The translations under genes were made by a program, and so were the position numbers. Of a DNA stretch of 64,000 nt, positions 25,807-40,052 are shown in pieces; positions within the stretch are counted from its first letter, which is position 1; each line of letters opens with the position of its first letter. Source of the stretch: Pelomyxa schiedti (lineage: Eukaryota; Protista; Evosea); contig JAHLWZ010000816.1 in assembly GCA_020536535.1 (NCBI GenBank), positions 1 to 64,000 of the forward strand, read 5' to 3'. Under the pieces are notes generated by a model. It did not search any database. It saw only the letters and a list, made by a program, of their open reading frames with translations, and was not told the origin of the DNA.

Positions 25807-28800
25807 CTAACAGTTTGTTTTTATCCAGTCAACTATCCTGGAGAGGTACTGTGGGTTTGTAATGGGGCACTGAGAAATGCAGAAGTAAGACTCGGAGTTT
25901 GAGTCGGAGCTAGAGCTATTATTGCCATTGCTATTGCCATTTGGTGAACTGGGACTGAGGAATCCTGGACCACAAATGGCTGATTTGAGTACAAACATGG
26001 GGTGGTTCTCGTCCATGACTGATTCGGCATGTGTCTTGTATTGTGATTCAGTCAGCTGTTTTATGGTATTCCCGGTTGTGGAATGGACAGCTTCCGCGAT
26101 GTCAGAAAGAGTTGTGCTTGGCGATCCACGCAAATCCAACAGGATTAATCTGGGAGGGTTATGTGAGTGGCCGCTACTCGCAGTCACAGAGGCGGAGGAT
26201 TCTGCGTGAAGTTTTAATGTAGAAATTGATGAAATGACCTGTTGAACTGCGTTGGTGATAGATGTTGCAACCCAATCAACGGGAGCAAAGGAGAACACTT
26301 GCGGTAGCGGAAAGGGTGTTGGAATGGACGATGGAGGAGAACTGTTGTGCGGATAGCACTGATCGCAGCAAATCCCGGATATTATGTGCGTAACACTGTC
26401 ATTGGGATTACTGGCGCCGGTGAGGGTGCTACCACTTACATCACCAAGTCTTATGATTGAGCAGTGCCATTTTGACATCCAAGTGTCCTCTTGTTTGGAA
26501 GCAAATATTGCTGTCTTCAGCACTAGTTTCTCTGCTACCCATTTGCTCTGGCCATATCCGCTGAGAACTTGAACACTTTCTGGCGGAACAGAACCATAAA
26601 CGCTGTTATATTCATCAGGAATAACAGAGTCACGCCAGTATTTTTCATGAACATCTACAGCTGTTACACCTACAGTTGATATGTAGAAAAACGGTGCGGG
26701 AACTGAAGTGCCACATTGTAGAGATAACAGTAATGCTTGTTGTGTGCCCACTGCATTGGATTGCTTCAGTTTCGCATATGACAAGGTGGAGTTAACCTCG
26801 GCCGCATTATGAATAATTGCACAAACTCTATGGGAAACATCTCGTAGTAAGACACACAATGAACCAGCACCTTTATCAGAGATATCACATTCATATATCA
26901 ATACTTTCTCGAACTGGGAGTCACTGCAAACAAGTCCGTAGTGCTGTAAATTCTTCAATACACGCAATCGAGAATCAGAAGAACCATGTCGAACGACACA
27001 AGCTATTTGGTAGGTAGGGAGTCTCATAAGATTGTGCAACAAAAATGCACCAACGAAGCCAGTGACACCTGTCAAAACTATCAAAGGTGGCTCAGTGGTT
27101 TCACTTGAACCAAATCTTGTTGACATGATAGTAGTTTCCACTTCCTTCCACAAGCTCTCTACTTCAGCACACCAGAATTCATGTTTTGTCTCTGCTTGAT
27201 GGTTCGTTGGCCCACAAAAAATTACATTCTGGAGCTCTACTAGAGTGGAGAGTTTTGCAAGCTGTGGAAGTGGGATATTGATGCCAAATCTTGATTTTAT
27301 GGATGACGAGAGCCTTGCTAGAGCCATAGAATCGGCACCTAGATCCATAAGAGAACAGTTTTCAATTTGACTGGGATTGCTGACTATCAGGCTCGATGAA
27401 AGGGTGTCTGCTAAGCACTGAATCAGCCCAGCACACAAGACTGTGGGAACTGCAGTTGTAGATGCAGTTGCAGGGGAGGATGTGGGAAGAGAAGGAACTG
27501 GAGTACAACTTAGCTCTGCAGATTGGGAACGACTGAAAATGTCCAATAGGGTTGCTTTGTACTTTCGTAGAAGGGCTGGGCGGCACAGTTTATTTTGCGA
27601 GCTCAGCAAACCATTCCACTGGCTAAAAGGTTCACTTTCAACAATCTATTAAGAAGATGAGAAGGTGACACATCAAGAATGCAAAAATTCAACCAATATC
27701 TGTGGTATCTCCCATGGTTTGCATTTATTCTCGCACGCAATTCTTCTGATATCATTCATTATAGCTTGTTTTACCAGTTCAATATCGCTATTTGCATCGC
27801 CGGCACCATTTCTACAAAGAACAGATGGAACAACAACGGCCGCCACAAAGGGCATCTGTGATTCGCCACAGATGAATATTTGTGATACAGTGCTACTCGT
27901 TGCATAAAGGGATTCAAGTGGTTCTGGGGCAACAAACACTCCTTGCAACAATTTGAACACGGCGCTGCTGCGATCTATAACCTGGAGTTTTCCTTCGACA
28001 AGTTGCCCAATGTCACCTTTTAGCTGGTAAATTGAAAATGTAATTTCACAACAAATACAACCTGTGCGGAAAAACCGCAGTCCGTGCAAGGTGACAAATT
28101 GTTTGTTAGTTGCTTCAGAGTCATTCCAATAGCCAGGAGTCATACGGGATGTACGGACAATTATTTCACCTCGCGGGTAAGGCTTGTCACTGGTGAGGTA
28201 ACCCTTAAGAGTATAAGAAGTTTCGACACTATTGAGTTAATTACAAGCTCAGGGCAGTCTAGAAGTTGGAAGTTGGTTCCTGGATGGACAACAGAGTTGG
28301 CACTCACTCCGCCCGTTTCTGTTGTTCCATAACCTTTTCCATTGTTATCTTCTGGATACTTTTTTTTAGGGTCTTACCATCAATTACTGGGCATGTGAAA
28401 ACATTTGACATCCATTTTTTTACCTGTCCACCTGAATTGAGGAAAGAGACTCGAGGGTAACTTTGATACCTCTTTTCGGATTGAACTTCCCCCTGTAACA
28501 ACAAGACGCAATCTGTTGCCGAGAACGCGCCGTTGACTCCATTCTTGTTCCAATGTAGCACACAACTCTTCCCGGTCTATTCCACTGTTGTGTGTTGCCA
28601 GGTCGTTCAATTCAGCCTTAAGAAGAGTTAACCATAGGGAGAATGGAAGGGAGATCCGGCCTCACCAAAAATTGGCTGTGAAGACCATGCCAGAAGTTTG
28701 GAGTAGAACCGAAAACACTTGGTCTTAGAACAGTGCAGTCTTCAACTAATGTGCCCATACTACCAGACCATACTCCAATGCGCCCTCCTTTACTAATGAC

Positions 28801-30207
28801 ATCTAAAGTTTGTCTAAGAGGTTCAAATGCCAACATAATCAGGGCATCTGAAGTTACATGTTGAGGGCTGTGCACTTGATGCAAAAGCATTTCTGAATTT
28901 TTGTTATTTGATTTTTTAGAGGGGGCATTAAGACCGTCAGTCATTATTATCAGTTTAGGGTTGCCAGTTGTTCCAGATGTTGGTAATAGCATAACAACAG
29001 TATCAGGAGAAGCAACTGACGCTGGAATAGAGATTGAGTCGTCTTGACAGTCAATTTCTTCCCACTTCGCGATGATAGGCTTGATAGATTCTACCGTTGA
29101 ATTCATGGAAGGCGAGGTATTAGTACAAGAAGATTTGGTTTCACTGTCAGCGTTCCTGAGGCATGAATAAGCTTCGTCATTGTCGTCGAAGAATACCACG
29201 AGTTCCACATGGCCATTTCCGGGACTTGTACATTCCTCCTGTTGCAAGGCACATGCTGATAAGACTGTTTCACGCAAGTGTATGGAGGAAAAAACGACCC
29301 GGGGTGATGAACGTGCAAACACCTTGGCCATTGTTCTGGAACTCCATGAAGGATGCACAGGAATACTCGCCAGTCCTGCCATTAAGCATGCATACTGCGA
29401 CATGTACCAGCACTCACTGGAGGCACCAATTATAGCCACAGTGTCAGTGTGTACTGTTAATGGGGTTATACCAAAGTCTATGATAGATTTTTTCCCATCA
29501 GCAGATCTGTGTTTTGATATCAATGCCCTAGCTAGAGAGTAGACCCTTACTTTGACTTGTTCATATGTCATCCATTGAAAGTCACGTTCTTGAGGCAGAA
29601 ACTCGAAAGTGACCGTAGAATTTGTCTTTGGCGAGGCCTGTGAATACCTGGGGCGGGAACCGAGGAACCACCTTGGTTCCCAAAGTTCAAACGCGATCTT
29701 CAATGATTCGGCGGAGGTAGAGCATTTCTTCAGAGAATCAGCAACTCTCTCAAAGAAAATCGGCTCCAGGTGCATTGCGTGCCTTTTAAAGGCGTCTGCT
29801 TTTCCCCCATCACTATGATTTGGTAGGTCTTCCCACAGTGTTGCTAAAGTCTTACTTTCCCTCTCAACGGCTGCCCTATGTGAACTTGTATTTCCCTTTG
29901 CAAAGCACTTCTCACAGGTATCATATCCCTCAGCACATCTTCCACACACCTGTAAAGAGGGTTAGAGAAGAATTATTTGACTTCTACGGCTAAAATCCTA
30001 AAAATCTTGTACTGGGTGCGAATATCATTTCTTAAGACTTTGCCACGCACTTAGTTCCGTTTGTTTGCTTGTTTAATAACAATTCTCAAAGTAATTCCTA
30101 CAAGTACGGACCCATCTTGAGGACTCCCCAGGATTTAAAACTGTCCCGCACTCAACGCAACCGTATACCCTCCTCACCAGCCCGTTGTGCTCCGCCTTAA
30201 GTCCCAT
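25807..30207 (-). CDS. NRPS-like / carboxylic acid reductase (adenylation-thiolation-reductase) with N-terminal ZZ-type zinc finger
   Basis: CVECG...W|VCGRCAEGYDTCEKCF...H (ZZ); TSGTTGNPK, YGTTETG, RTGDIG, NKLCR (A domain); LGADSMAL (carrier Ser); TGVTGFVG and YGQSK (R domain). Confidence 0.88.
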
Positions 30208-30516
30208 AAGTTTCTCCCGCCGCCTCCGGCGCTCCCTCACTGCATCAACGGTCCACCGCCTCACCAGCACCACAACACTCCCATAACGCCCTGACAACAC
30301 AACCACTGGAACTACCAGCAAGAGCACGACTACAAAAACCGTAAACACCGGCATTGGGAAATGACAGTTCTGCAGAACCAAATTTCTTTCCGTTTTTTGA
30401 TCAACGAAGGAAGAACAGGGCCAAATAAAAAAAAAAAGACCTTTATTTTTTTTTACACTGAGGTGTTACCAAACAGCTTCACAGCTGCATGGTGTTGTTA
30501 TGGGAGTGTATGTGTT

Positions 30517-32667
30517 CTAATCAACTTCCTCTATCTTGGGTCCGCCTGTCTTGGTTGATCCACTTGAGCTGGATGAGGGTGTTGTCCTAGATGATGGGGT
30601 GGGTCCGGCTCCTCCAAAGTTGGGCATTTCGCCTCCTGGGAAACCTCCGGGCATTCCTCCCGGCATGCCGCCTGGCATTCCACCGGCTCCACTTGATTGG
30701 TAGAGCTTGATCATGATAGGCTGCACAATGTCCTCTAGTTGTTTCATGCGGGCTTCGTATTCCTCCTTTGTGCCTTGTTGGTTGTGGTCCAGCCATTCTA
30801 TAGCTTCATTGCAAGCTTCCTCGAGCTGTTGGGACAAGTTAGAAGAAACATCGGGACTCATTGAGAAACATACCCTTGTTTTATCGCCAGAATCAATCTT
30901 GGTTGCTATTTTTTCATCCTTGACAGAGTTCTTCACTGAGTAGGCATAGCTTTCAAGATGGTGTTTGGCGTCAATGCGCCCCTTCTGCTCTTCGTCGTCC
31001 GCTTTGTATTGCTCAGCGTCATGAAGCATGGCATCAATCTGTTCCTTTGATAAACGTCCCTTGTCATTGGTGATAGTAATGTTGTTGCGTTTGCCGGTTG
31101 TTTTATCTTCCGCCGTCACGTTGAGGATTCCGTTGGCGTCGACGTCGAATGTGACTTCAATTTGTGGGACTCCCCTTGGGGCTGGTGGAATTCCTGATAG
31201 TTCAAATTTGCCAAGAAGGTTGCAGTGTCTTGTCATAGCACGCTCACCCTCATAAACTTGAATAAGAACGCCAGGTTGATTGTCTGAGTAAGTTGAGAAT
31301 GTCTGCGACTTCTTGGTTGGGACAGTGGTATTTCTTTGGATCAGAGATGTCATGACACCACCAGCAGTCTCAATTCCCAGTGTAAGTGGTGTAACATCGA
31401 GAAGTAGAAGATCTTGTACTTTGGCACCACCAGCTCCGGTAAGAATTGCAGCCTGTACTGCTGCACCATATGCCACTGCTTCGTCTGGATTTACGGATTT
31501 GTTGAGTTCCTTACCGTTGAAAAAGTCTTGAAGCAACTGCTGAACTTTAGGAATGCGTGTTGACCCACCAACCAAGACCACATCGTGAATAGAGCTCTTG
31601 TCAAGGCGAGTGTCACGAAGTACTTTCTCAACTGGATCCAGGGTCGACCGGAAGAGATCAATGTTTAGTTCCTCAAACTTAGCTCTTGTGATTGTTGTGT
31701 AGTAGTCAACTCCCTCGAACAATTGATCAACTTCAATGGATGCCTGGGCCTGTGAAGATAGAGTTCTCTTCGCGCGTTCACAGGCTGTGCGAAGCCTTCT
31801 TAGAGCACGTGCATTGCCACTCATGTCCTTGTTGTACCTCCTCTTGAAGTCCTTTGCGAAGAAGTCAACCAGCCTGTTGTCAAAGTCCTCTCCACCGAGG
31901 TGAGTGTCCCCAGAAGTGGCCTTGACTTCAAAGACACCTTCCTCAATTGCCAAAAGAGATACATCAAATGTACCACCACCCAAGTCAAAAATCAGAATGT
32001 TCCTCTCTCCACCTTTCTTGTCAAGCCCATAGGCAATAGCTGCAGCCGTGGGTTCATTGATGATCCTGAGCACATTCAGTCCAGCAATCGTGCCTGCGTC
32101 TTTAGTTGCTTGTCTCTGTGAGTCATTGAAATATGCAGGACATCTAAGGTAAATGTATTAGAATTCAAACAGTTTTTGCTTTATTAATATCTCGTGTTAT
32201 AGATGAGGAAAAAACTCTTACGTTATAACAGCATCCTTCACTGGCTTGCCCAAGTATGACTCTGCGATTTCCTTCATCTTCGTGAGCACCATTGACGAGA
32301 TTTCCTCAGGCGTGAAAGTCTTGGAGTCTCCGCGATACGCGACCTGGATCATGGGCTTGTCTCCCTTGTTTATAACCTTGAATGGCCAGTGCTTCATGTC
32401 GGACTGCACGGAAGGGTCGCTGAATCTCCTGCCGATCAGCCGCTTGGCGTCAAACACGGTGTTCTCGACGTTCATCGCGACCTGGTTTTTCGCCGCGTCG
32501 CCAATGAGTCGCTCCTGGTCGGTGAAAGCGACGTACGAGGGGGTCACGCGGTTGCCTTGGTCGTTCGCGATGATCTCAACTCGGTCGTTTTGCCATACGC
32601 CAACGCATGAGTACGTGGTGCCGAGATCTATGCCGACTGCTGGTGCTTTGCTGGATGTGGTTGACAT
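30517..32667 (-). CDS. HSP70: Cytosolic Hsp70 (two introns, ~32144-32221 and 30826-30873)
   Basis: [25 protein letters not shown] repeats, C-terminal EEVD. Confidence 0.98.
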
Positions 32668-33013
32668 TGTTGGGTTGTTGTTTTGCGGTAATTGCGTATC
32701 GTAATTTGTTTGTTGTTTCGGCTTTTTTTTCTTTTTTCTTGTGTTTTGAGTGTTCTGTTATCTTGCTCTTTTAAACTCAACAAAATGGGATGTCCCTTAA
32801 CTTCCGACGAAATTCCGAGTGGTTTTTAGGGAACAGTCACCTGTTTGTCAGGTCTCCTTGGGAGGACCCAAACTCTTCAAGACTTGCTTCCCTCCTCCCC
32901 TTCTCGCACCCATGCCAATGAGTAGGCCCGTACGGGGAATCTAGAGACAGGCGCTAGGAATCCCAACTTGGTGTTTTCTAGGTATACTAGTTTGATTCTG
33001 TGACCGTGTCTAG

Positions 33014-34061
33014 ATGATGCGCCAGCGGCGGGCGCTTCTGGACTTGTCCAAAGTTGAAAGGGCAATAACAGAAATATCAACAAGAACGTCCACGCAGGGG
33101 AGTGCTGCCACGCCCAAGATTGCACTTCACGTTATACTGGCCAGTGGGTCATTTGCCCCTCCGCATTTAATGGTGCCAATCTCCCAAATTTGCAATAGTA
33201 GTTCGCACGTCAATAGTATTTTTGTGCACTGCACAAAATCTAAACGAATCACTGTTAAGCACTTGGAGATGCTCAAGTTGGCAAAAAAGGCATTGGAAGA
33301 TAGGCATTATATTGTTGCTGCGGCTTTTTTCTCTCCATCTAGTGATGAGTACGTAATGGCTGTATGTTCCTTAAATGATTCACATCATGGCTGATTTTCC
33401 AATTCAATTTACACCCAATACCAAAGTATCCTTCCTTGTAGAAACTCGGTGAAGATGACTTCATATGCCTGGATGACAGGTGTCAAATGTGTGAACTGAT
33501 ATCCTCCGAATTCTCATGGCTAAATACTCTGACATGGGGGTGGTGCAGCGGAACTGAAATTTGCGAATCACTGAAGGAAATCCTTGCAGCTTCTTTTCCA
33601 GGCATTCACCAAACCATCCAAATTTTTTCCTTGGTCTCCTGCCTTCCTATTTCTTAACCGGAACCATTCCACAGAATACACCTTTGAAATACACGAAGTA
33701 TATGGGGCCGACTTTGCACTATCTTACAGAGCCTGGGAACGGAAGAGAGAAATGCTTATAGTTGGTAGACCCGGATATACTGAACAACTACAAGCGGAGC
33801 TTGAGAAAAGACCCGATTCCAGTATGAAATACACACTCTGTAACTTCTCACCTAACAAAAAAAAAACCACCCAGAACTTATTCTGCTAGATGAATTATCC
33901 GATATAAGTTCAACTGCTATTCGAGAGGCACTATGGTCAAGGGACACGACCAAACTCTCACATTGGATGGATCCGAAGGTCAATTCCAATTCTTCATTAG
34001 TTTTCCTCACCTAGCTTTTGGAATCTAGGTTGTTGAATACCTTCTGAAAATTAAATACTAG
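33014..34061 (+). CDS. Nicotinamide/nicotinate mononucleotide adenylyltransferase-like
   Basis: SGSFAPPHLM|HLEML (HxxH), SPSSDEY, YGADF, IVGRPG, DISSTAIR, VVEYL. Confidence 0.82.
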
Positions 34062-34129
34062 TGAAACCAAATAAACAGCAAACAAAAACCTCTGATTAGA
34101 GTCTTTTCTCTTTACCAGTTATCACTTTA

Positions 34130-37100
34130 TTAGTGTTTCAAGTGGGTTCCAGAGGCAAATGTAGCTAGCCCAGAAATGAACAGTCCCACAGAGGGCACTG
34201 TTGGTAGTGAAGGTGCTGATGTTCTTCTTGACCTTGTTGTTTGCTGTTGAACTCTGCTATACACCCGGACTTCGTTCATGGAACTTGCTGCTATAAGTGG
34301 AGCATCACTGCCTGGTACTGTAACCATTTGAAGCTGCAGAACCTCAGAGCCAAGTAGTACACGAACACAGACTCCGGAGAGCAAGTCCCACACTCGCAAA
34401 GTGCGATCAGAACTCCCTGTGAAAGCAACTTTTGGGGAGGCTTGGACCTGGATGCTGTGAACGGAGCTAGCATGCCCAAGAAGTAGCCTCAGAGGTTCGA
34501 GTGCAAACGGCTGTTTGATTCCATAGTGCCTTTGTGTTGAATATGTCAGAAAGAAGCACCATTGTTGGTAGTTGCTTTTTTACCAGACTAGACCATCTTC
34601 TGAGCCAGTGAGGAATGAGGCGCCGTTATCCACAAGGGCGACACAGTTAATTCTAGTATGTATTGTGGCTTTTTCATGGACAACGAGCTCTCCTGTGGAC
34701 ATATTCCATACTCTCAGTCCATCAACTCCTCCACATAAGACATAGTTGTTTTCCACAGAAGCGGCACAACAATACACTCTACAAAATTCTTTAGAATAAC
34801 AGGAATAGATTGGTGGCTACATACGATCCTTCGATGTGTTCAAAATTAATGGGGTCTTTCTCCAAAGCTGCACTGGTGAGAACTGCTGGTATGTCCCACA
34901 TGCGTAAAAACCCAACAGGCTCATCAATACTTTTTGGTAGTTAGAGCAAACAGAGAGGAAAGAACCCATACCCACATCCACCTCCGACAATGAGCTTGCT
35001 GGAACATCTAAAAACACAGCGTGGTTCAAAGGGGAAGGGGATACTAGCATCGGGGTGGGTGCTCTTTTTCCTCCAGAACTGCGGTTTCGAGGAGTTAATA
35101 TTCAACTTTAGAAAAATTAGTTGTACGTTCAGAGAGCCATCAGAACACAACGTTAGGAATCCCTGTTCCCAGGCAAGGAGGCTAAGTACACGAGCTCTAT
35201 GTGCCATTACAGTCTTCGGTTTCCTGAACAGTTTCTCCACAGCTCCATCCTACAATGATAAGTAAACACAAAAGGTATTACCAGAAGTCACCTTTCTTCC
35301 AACATAGATACTTTTTTTCTTCATTAAAAGGGCAGTGATAGTCCCATTGGCTTGATAGATAGACTCAACCCTGAACTCAGCAAATGTAACTGCCAAGGAG
35401 CAGGCAGCGATCTTGGTTGCATTTTTCCTTTTTTTTAGTAAGTAACATGGTGAATTCTTTTCCCTCCCGGTTTCTTTTCACACTCACTGGTGAAGGTTTA
35501 ATTTAAGGCCAACTTTTTGTCCAGTTTCAAATGACTCCCGAGCTTCGTTAATTAAAGCCACATAGTTCTGGTGAATGCCCAGTTGGAGCTGGGACTTAGC
35601 CAAATCGTAGTAGTGGTGACCTGTCTTGGAGTTATTTCTCATCCAACATCACACTAGTAGCTGACCTGATTTTGGGTTGGCGGAAATGACAGTCTTGAAA
35701 GCATCTATGCTCTTTTGAAGAATATGCTGCGATGTATCTGGAGCACGCCTAACGGCATCAAGTGCAAGAAGGTGCCCATCAGCAACTTGATAGAATAAAT
35801 AAGGGAAAAAAATGGGGATGTTTCAACTAGAATACAAATCCATATGCTTGATCTTTTGCTTTTATTTAGGCAAGTAAAAGGCTGCAATTCAGGTCACCTT
35901 TAAGGGAAGAGATTTCAAGTCTGGATCAGAGAAAGTTATGCCATTTTCGTAAAACTTCTGGACTGCCTCAGGATAGAATTCAATGCCCATCATCTCTTTT
36001 AGCCGATAGTAAACACCCTACAGTGCACATCACCTATTGAAAATCCCTTAACAACAACATACAAGATAATCAGTTTTCATGCTGTTAACCCAAGACTGAT
36101 TGTACCCCTGGAATTGAAGCATTCGTGGGTGAATGACATGCTCCCACTCCGATTTCATTTGTCCCTCTCTATCAATGAAATCTTCCCTTCGTTGGACAAT
36201 CCTTTTTCAGGAGTAAGTGATGAAATACACTGTTTTGCAGAATTACAAATCGAACACAGTCCTGTTGAAAACAAGATTGAAGTATCGGACAATTAAACGG
36301 CAAAAGGGGGTCTGAGTGAGCTTCTTCTCTTGTGCCATTTGGGTACGCAGTTTTTTTCGTAAAATTGACTTCATTTTTGTTAAAGGTGACTAAGTTCAAT
36401 TGTACCTTAATTGAGCGGGAAGCAATTTCAGTTGTCAGAACTGCTTTGACAATGTCATTGGAGTGTTGCCATACCTCACCCAGGTGTCGGCAGTTGATTC
36501 CTTTGAATAATCAAATACTTTCAAAGATATTGGGGAAGAAACCCGCAGCATGCATGCGAGGAACAAAAGTTTTTTCCAGATCATATGAGGGTTTAGTGTG
36601 AGGACAAAGTGCATTCAATTCTGCAGCAAACTGTGGAATCACCTTGGGAGAGTATTAAATGCATTTCCAGTTAAAAAATATACTCACTCTGTTATGCAAA
36701 ATGGAGGAGAGTTCTTCGACGTCTGTATTGCTTTCTTCTCGATTTCTGTCCGCCTCGGCAAATTTGGTGAACACATCAGAAGACAATGGACGAGGAGACG
36801 TGAGTATTAGTTCAGGCCTCAGGAGCCTGTGTAGATAGCACCCAGGAACACTGTCAAAGGGAAGAACAAGTTTTTGATCAGAGTAAATAACACTACTCAA
36901 ATTCCAACCCATCTACTGTTGTTTCAGGAGGAAATAGACGAGCCATATCCAAAACCTATCCATCATTATTCATGAAAGGCGAACTTTGGAATCTGCAAAC
37001 ACACAAAGTATTGATTTTCACCAGTTTTATGGACTTCAATATCCGTAGGTCCATAGAGATTCACTAACGGTCGTGCTCTAGAGGTGGTCGGTCAACTCAT

Positions 37101-38661
37101 TCATAACAGCAATAAGATGGCAACCTTCCACATCGATGTTCCTTCAAGTTGAGGCTCTGACATATTGTCTTCATCCTACTGGAAGCTTCTTCATCTTCCT
37201 TGTGCATCGTCTCCCCTCCATCACTCGAGCCGTACACCAAAGTAGAGCGAGTGATGGGTAGAATTGAAATAGCAGAGAGCCTGAACCCAAGATAATCAAT
37301 TGTGGCCATGAGTGGAACACGTATTTGAGATCCGGCTGCATCAAAGAATCGAATACAGCTCTTAACGAGAGTCAGAGCTACAAGATGAAGGTGGTATTAT
37401 ATGCCGTGCCTTTAATTCGTGCCCCGCGCATTTTGCAGCAAGTTCGTCATCGTGGTCAAACAGATTTTTGTTGTCCCTTGCAAACTTGAACAGGATTCCA
37501 TTAACAATGAACTTCTGTAAATTTGTTATTTGCATGGGATTAGGGTACGAGAGGAGAAGCAAAGAACCTCGCCACCAGCAAACCCCATATCTTTACTCCG
37601 TGAACGAATTGTCTTCTGTTCGTCATCAAGAAACATCTCGCCAATTATAATCTTGCCATAAGAAACAGCACTGTACACAAAATCAACGGCGACATCGCGG
37701 ACAGCAGTCCAAGCCTCAATCTCGTTAATGTGGTGCTGGACAGTGCGATGATCCTCAGTAATGCAACCATTAACTCTGTCCAGAGCATCCTATGCCAGTG
37801 AGATTGTATAGGCTAAAAAAATTTTGAATTTAGAGCAAAGGGGGAGGCCAACCTGAAATCTTGTCGTCCATTCAACAGATTGGCCAAAACCCTTTGGATC
37901 AGTTTTCGCGGAAGAAAGAAGGGGAGCGCTAACACCGCTCAACGACGCACAAGTAGTCGTCGTTGTCGCACTCGTGGCCGCGGCACCAGCGTGATTGTGC
38001 TGATGCTCCGCATTGTGGGAGGTTTCATCGGTTTGCTGATCTGAGCCACCAACGAACACGCACTTGGCCAGCGAACTCGTCGACTGCTGCGGTTGCGCCT
38101 GGGAATCCACCGCAGATTCCCTCGGTATTTCCTGCTGCAGCGTGCTCCCTTGCTGCTGCACAGCAGTCCCAGTCGGTGCAACAGCAACGCCAGAACCAGA
38201 GTCCGCCTCGTATCCCCCGCCGCCGCCGCCGCCGCCTCCTCCTCCTCTAGGCGAGAAAGAACGAGAGTCGGGTTGGTAACTGCCAACGGCGGTGCCTCCA
38301 CCACCTCTAGGTGAGGAAGAACGCGAGTCGGGTTGATAACTGCCAACGGAGGTGCCTCCTCCACCGCCGCCGCCGCCGCAACAGGCAGATCCAGAGTCAG
38401 GCTCGTACCCACCACCCCCGCCCAGTCCCGAACCACCCCGCGGGCTGCTGGTCAAAGGAGGCGTCGCCGTCGTCATCCTCGGAGATGCTGGTGACTGTGC
38501 CAACTGAGGAGGAGTTATTAACGTGTTAAAGGGGGGGGGGGGGGGGGAGAGAGAGAGAGAGGACAAAAGGGTTCAGTTACGAGGGGTGTGTCTACAACAA
38601 CGGCGGCTCGGAGTGGGGGGGACGGCACTGGACCTCGTGAGTCTGGTTCGTACCCCGACAT
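34130..38661 (-). CDS. Clu-domain protein with Gly/Ser-rich repeat N-terminus and C-terminal WD40 repeats
   Basis: GEKFIVNGILFKFA...AAKCAGHELK, PLMATIDYLGFRLSA, LVYGSSDGG, HRLLRPEL (Clu); FLTGSEDG, LRVWN, RVWDL (WD40). The two halves join via an intron at ~35430-35487. Confidence 0.8.
38245..38364 (-). repeat. Two-copy 60-bp tandem duplication encoding GGGGT[SA]VGSYQPDSRS[SF]SPR
   Basis: 38245-38304 and 38305-38364 are near-identical by direct comparison. Confidence 0.85.
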
Positions 38662-38899
38662 AGTCGTCTGCTCAACGGGGGAACGATGTTTTGGTTTCTG
38701 TTTTCGAGATTTCTCGGAACAGTTTTATGGTGCTCGCCGGAAGGGTCAACGGGGTTACCTAAGAGCGTGGCCTCCCATAACTGTTGTGTTCTGCGTTGGT
38801 AGTTTGTTGCGCTCTAGGAACCAAGATATAAAGTGTGGGGTTTTATTTTTTCTATTAAATGTCAAAATTTGGTGTGAAAGCTGTTCTGGGTTGGGCTGC

Positions 38900-39853
38900 T
38901 TAGGTATGTGCTGGAGGAATCGATCTCGTGGTGAAGTTCAAGCGGCGTCGCTTCGGTTGGTGTACTTGTACGCGATGACCATGGTTTCTTGAAGAACTGG
39001 AGGTGTGGATTGGTGGTGTAGTTGATTCACCAGTGCCAGGGAGTTGTAGGTGGATGGTCAGCAAACTCTGGTCATGAAGTGAAAGTGTGGAAACTCCCCC
39101 GTTGCCGGGGAGATCCTTGAGTGAAATGATACGGATGGCTGCAAGATTATCAACCCGGTGCATCAGCGGCTTGTTGAACCTAAGACGGTTTTGACTTGAG
39201 CACTGCACCTCCATTGCCGGGTCTTCCCCAATGCCCTCGCGGTCAAGAGGAATGCCTCTTATGTACCCTTTTGAGTTTACCCTAACATGTGAGACAATGA
39301 TCGTCGGGTATTTCCAGCCCTGGTTCAGTCAGTTGAGATTATGCATGAGCACTTGGGGACCATACTGTACAGTCGAGGGAATGAAATTTCTGATCTAGGA
39401 GCCAAAACTGAATGAAACAGCTCAGAAAATACTTAATGCTGAACTCTGAAGACAAAAATCGGAATGACATTAGAAGCCAGCCAAAGCACTTTGTGTGAAA
39501 CGCATTCGTAATATGAACCCCACGCCCGTGTTCTCGCGTATATGCTACAAATGGTAAGTCAACCGCACTCAAAACAACCGCAGCATGTCGATGAGAAGAA
39601 TCAATCTTGATAGAAATGGCACACGGAAACCAGGGACGGGCAGGTGCACTCCCTCGTCCTTCGCCACCAAGAAAACGCGGGCCGCGCTGTCGAGCACTTC
39701 CTCATAACCAGACACCAGGTGCACTTGACGAGCCAATTCCTTCACACGGCCCTCATCCAGAGTGTATTCCTCATCCTCATCGTCATCGGCGGAGCGGATT
39801 GGATCTTCGCTGCCGGGGTCGACGTTGCTGAGATCTTCGCTTTCCTGTGACAT
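38900..39853 (-). CDS. Hypothetical protein (acidic N-terminus), multi-exon
   Basis: GC-rich first exon MSQESEDLSNVDPGSEDP... followed by further minus-strand ORFs; no family recognised. Confidence 0.5.
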
Positions 39854-40052
39854 GTTGGTCTCGTTCTTTCTTTTGGTTTGGGGCACCGGTCCAACAACAA
39901 AGAAACAGTAACGTCATGGGACACCAAACGCCACGTGACGTCTTTCTGCCTTTTGCGAACTGGGAAACACAAGTCACAAACAGGTTTCTGCTCTCCGGGT
40001 ACCCAGAATGTTTGTTGTTCTCTGGGGAAGTGGTCTGGCTCCCGGTGTGGAA

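Noticed and set aside
30826-30873. Apparent 16-aa insertion in the Hsp70 lid
   Set aside because: It is an in-frame 48-nt GTATGT...CAG intron.
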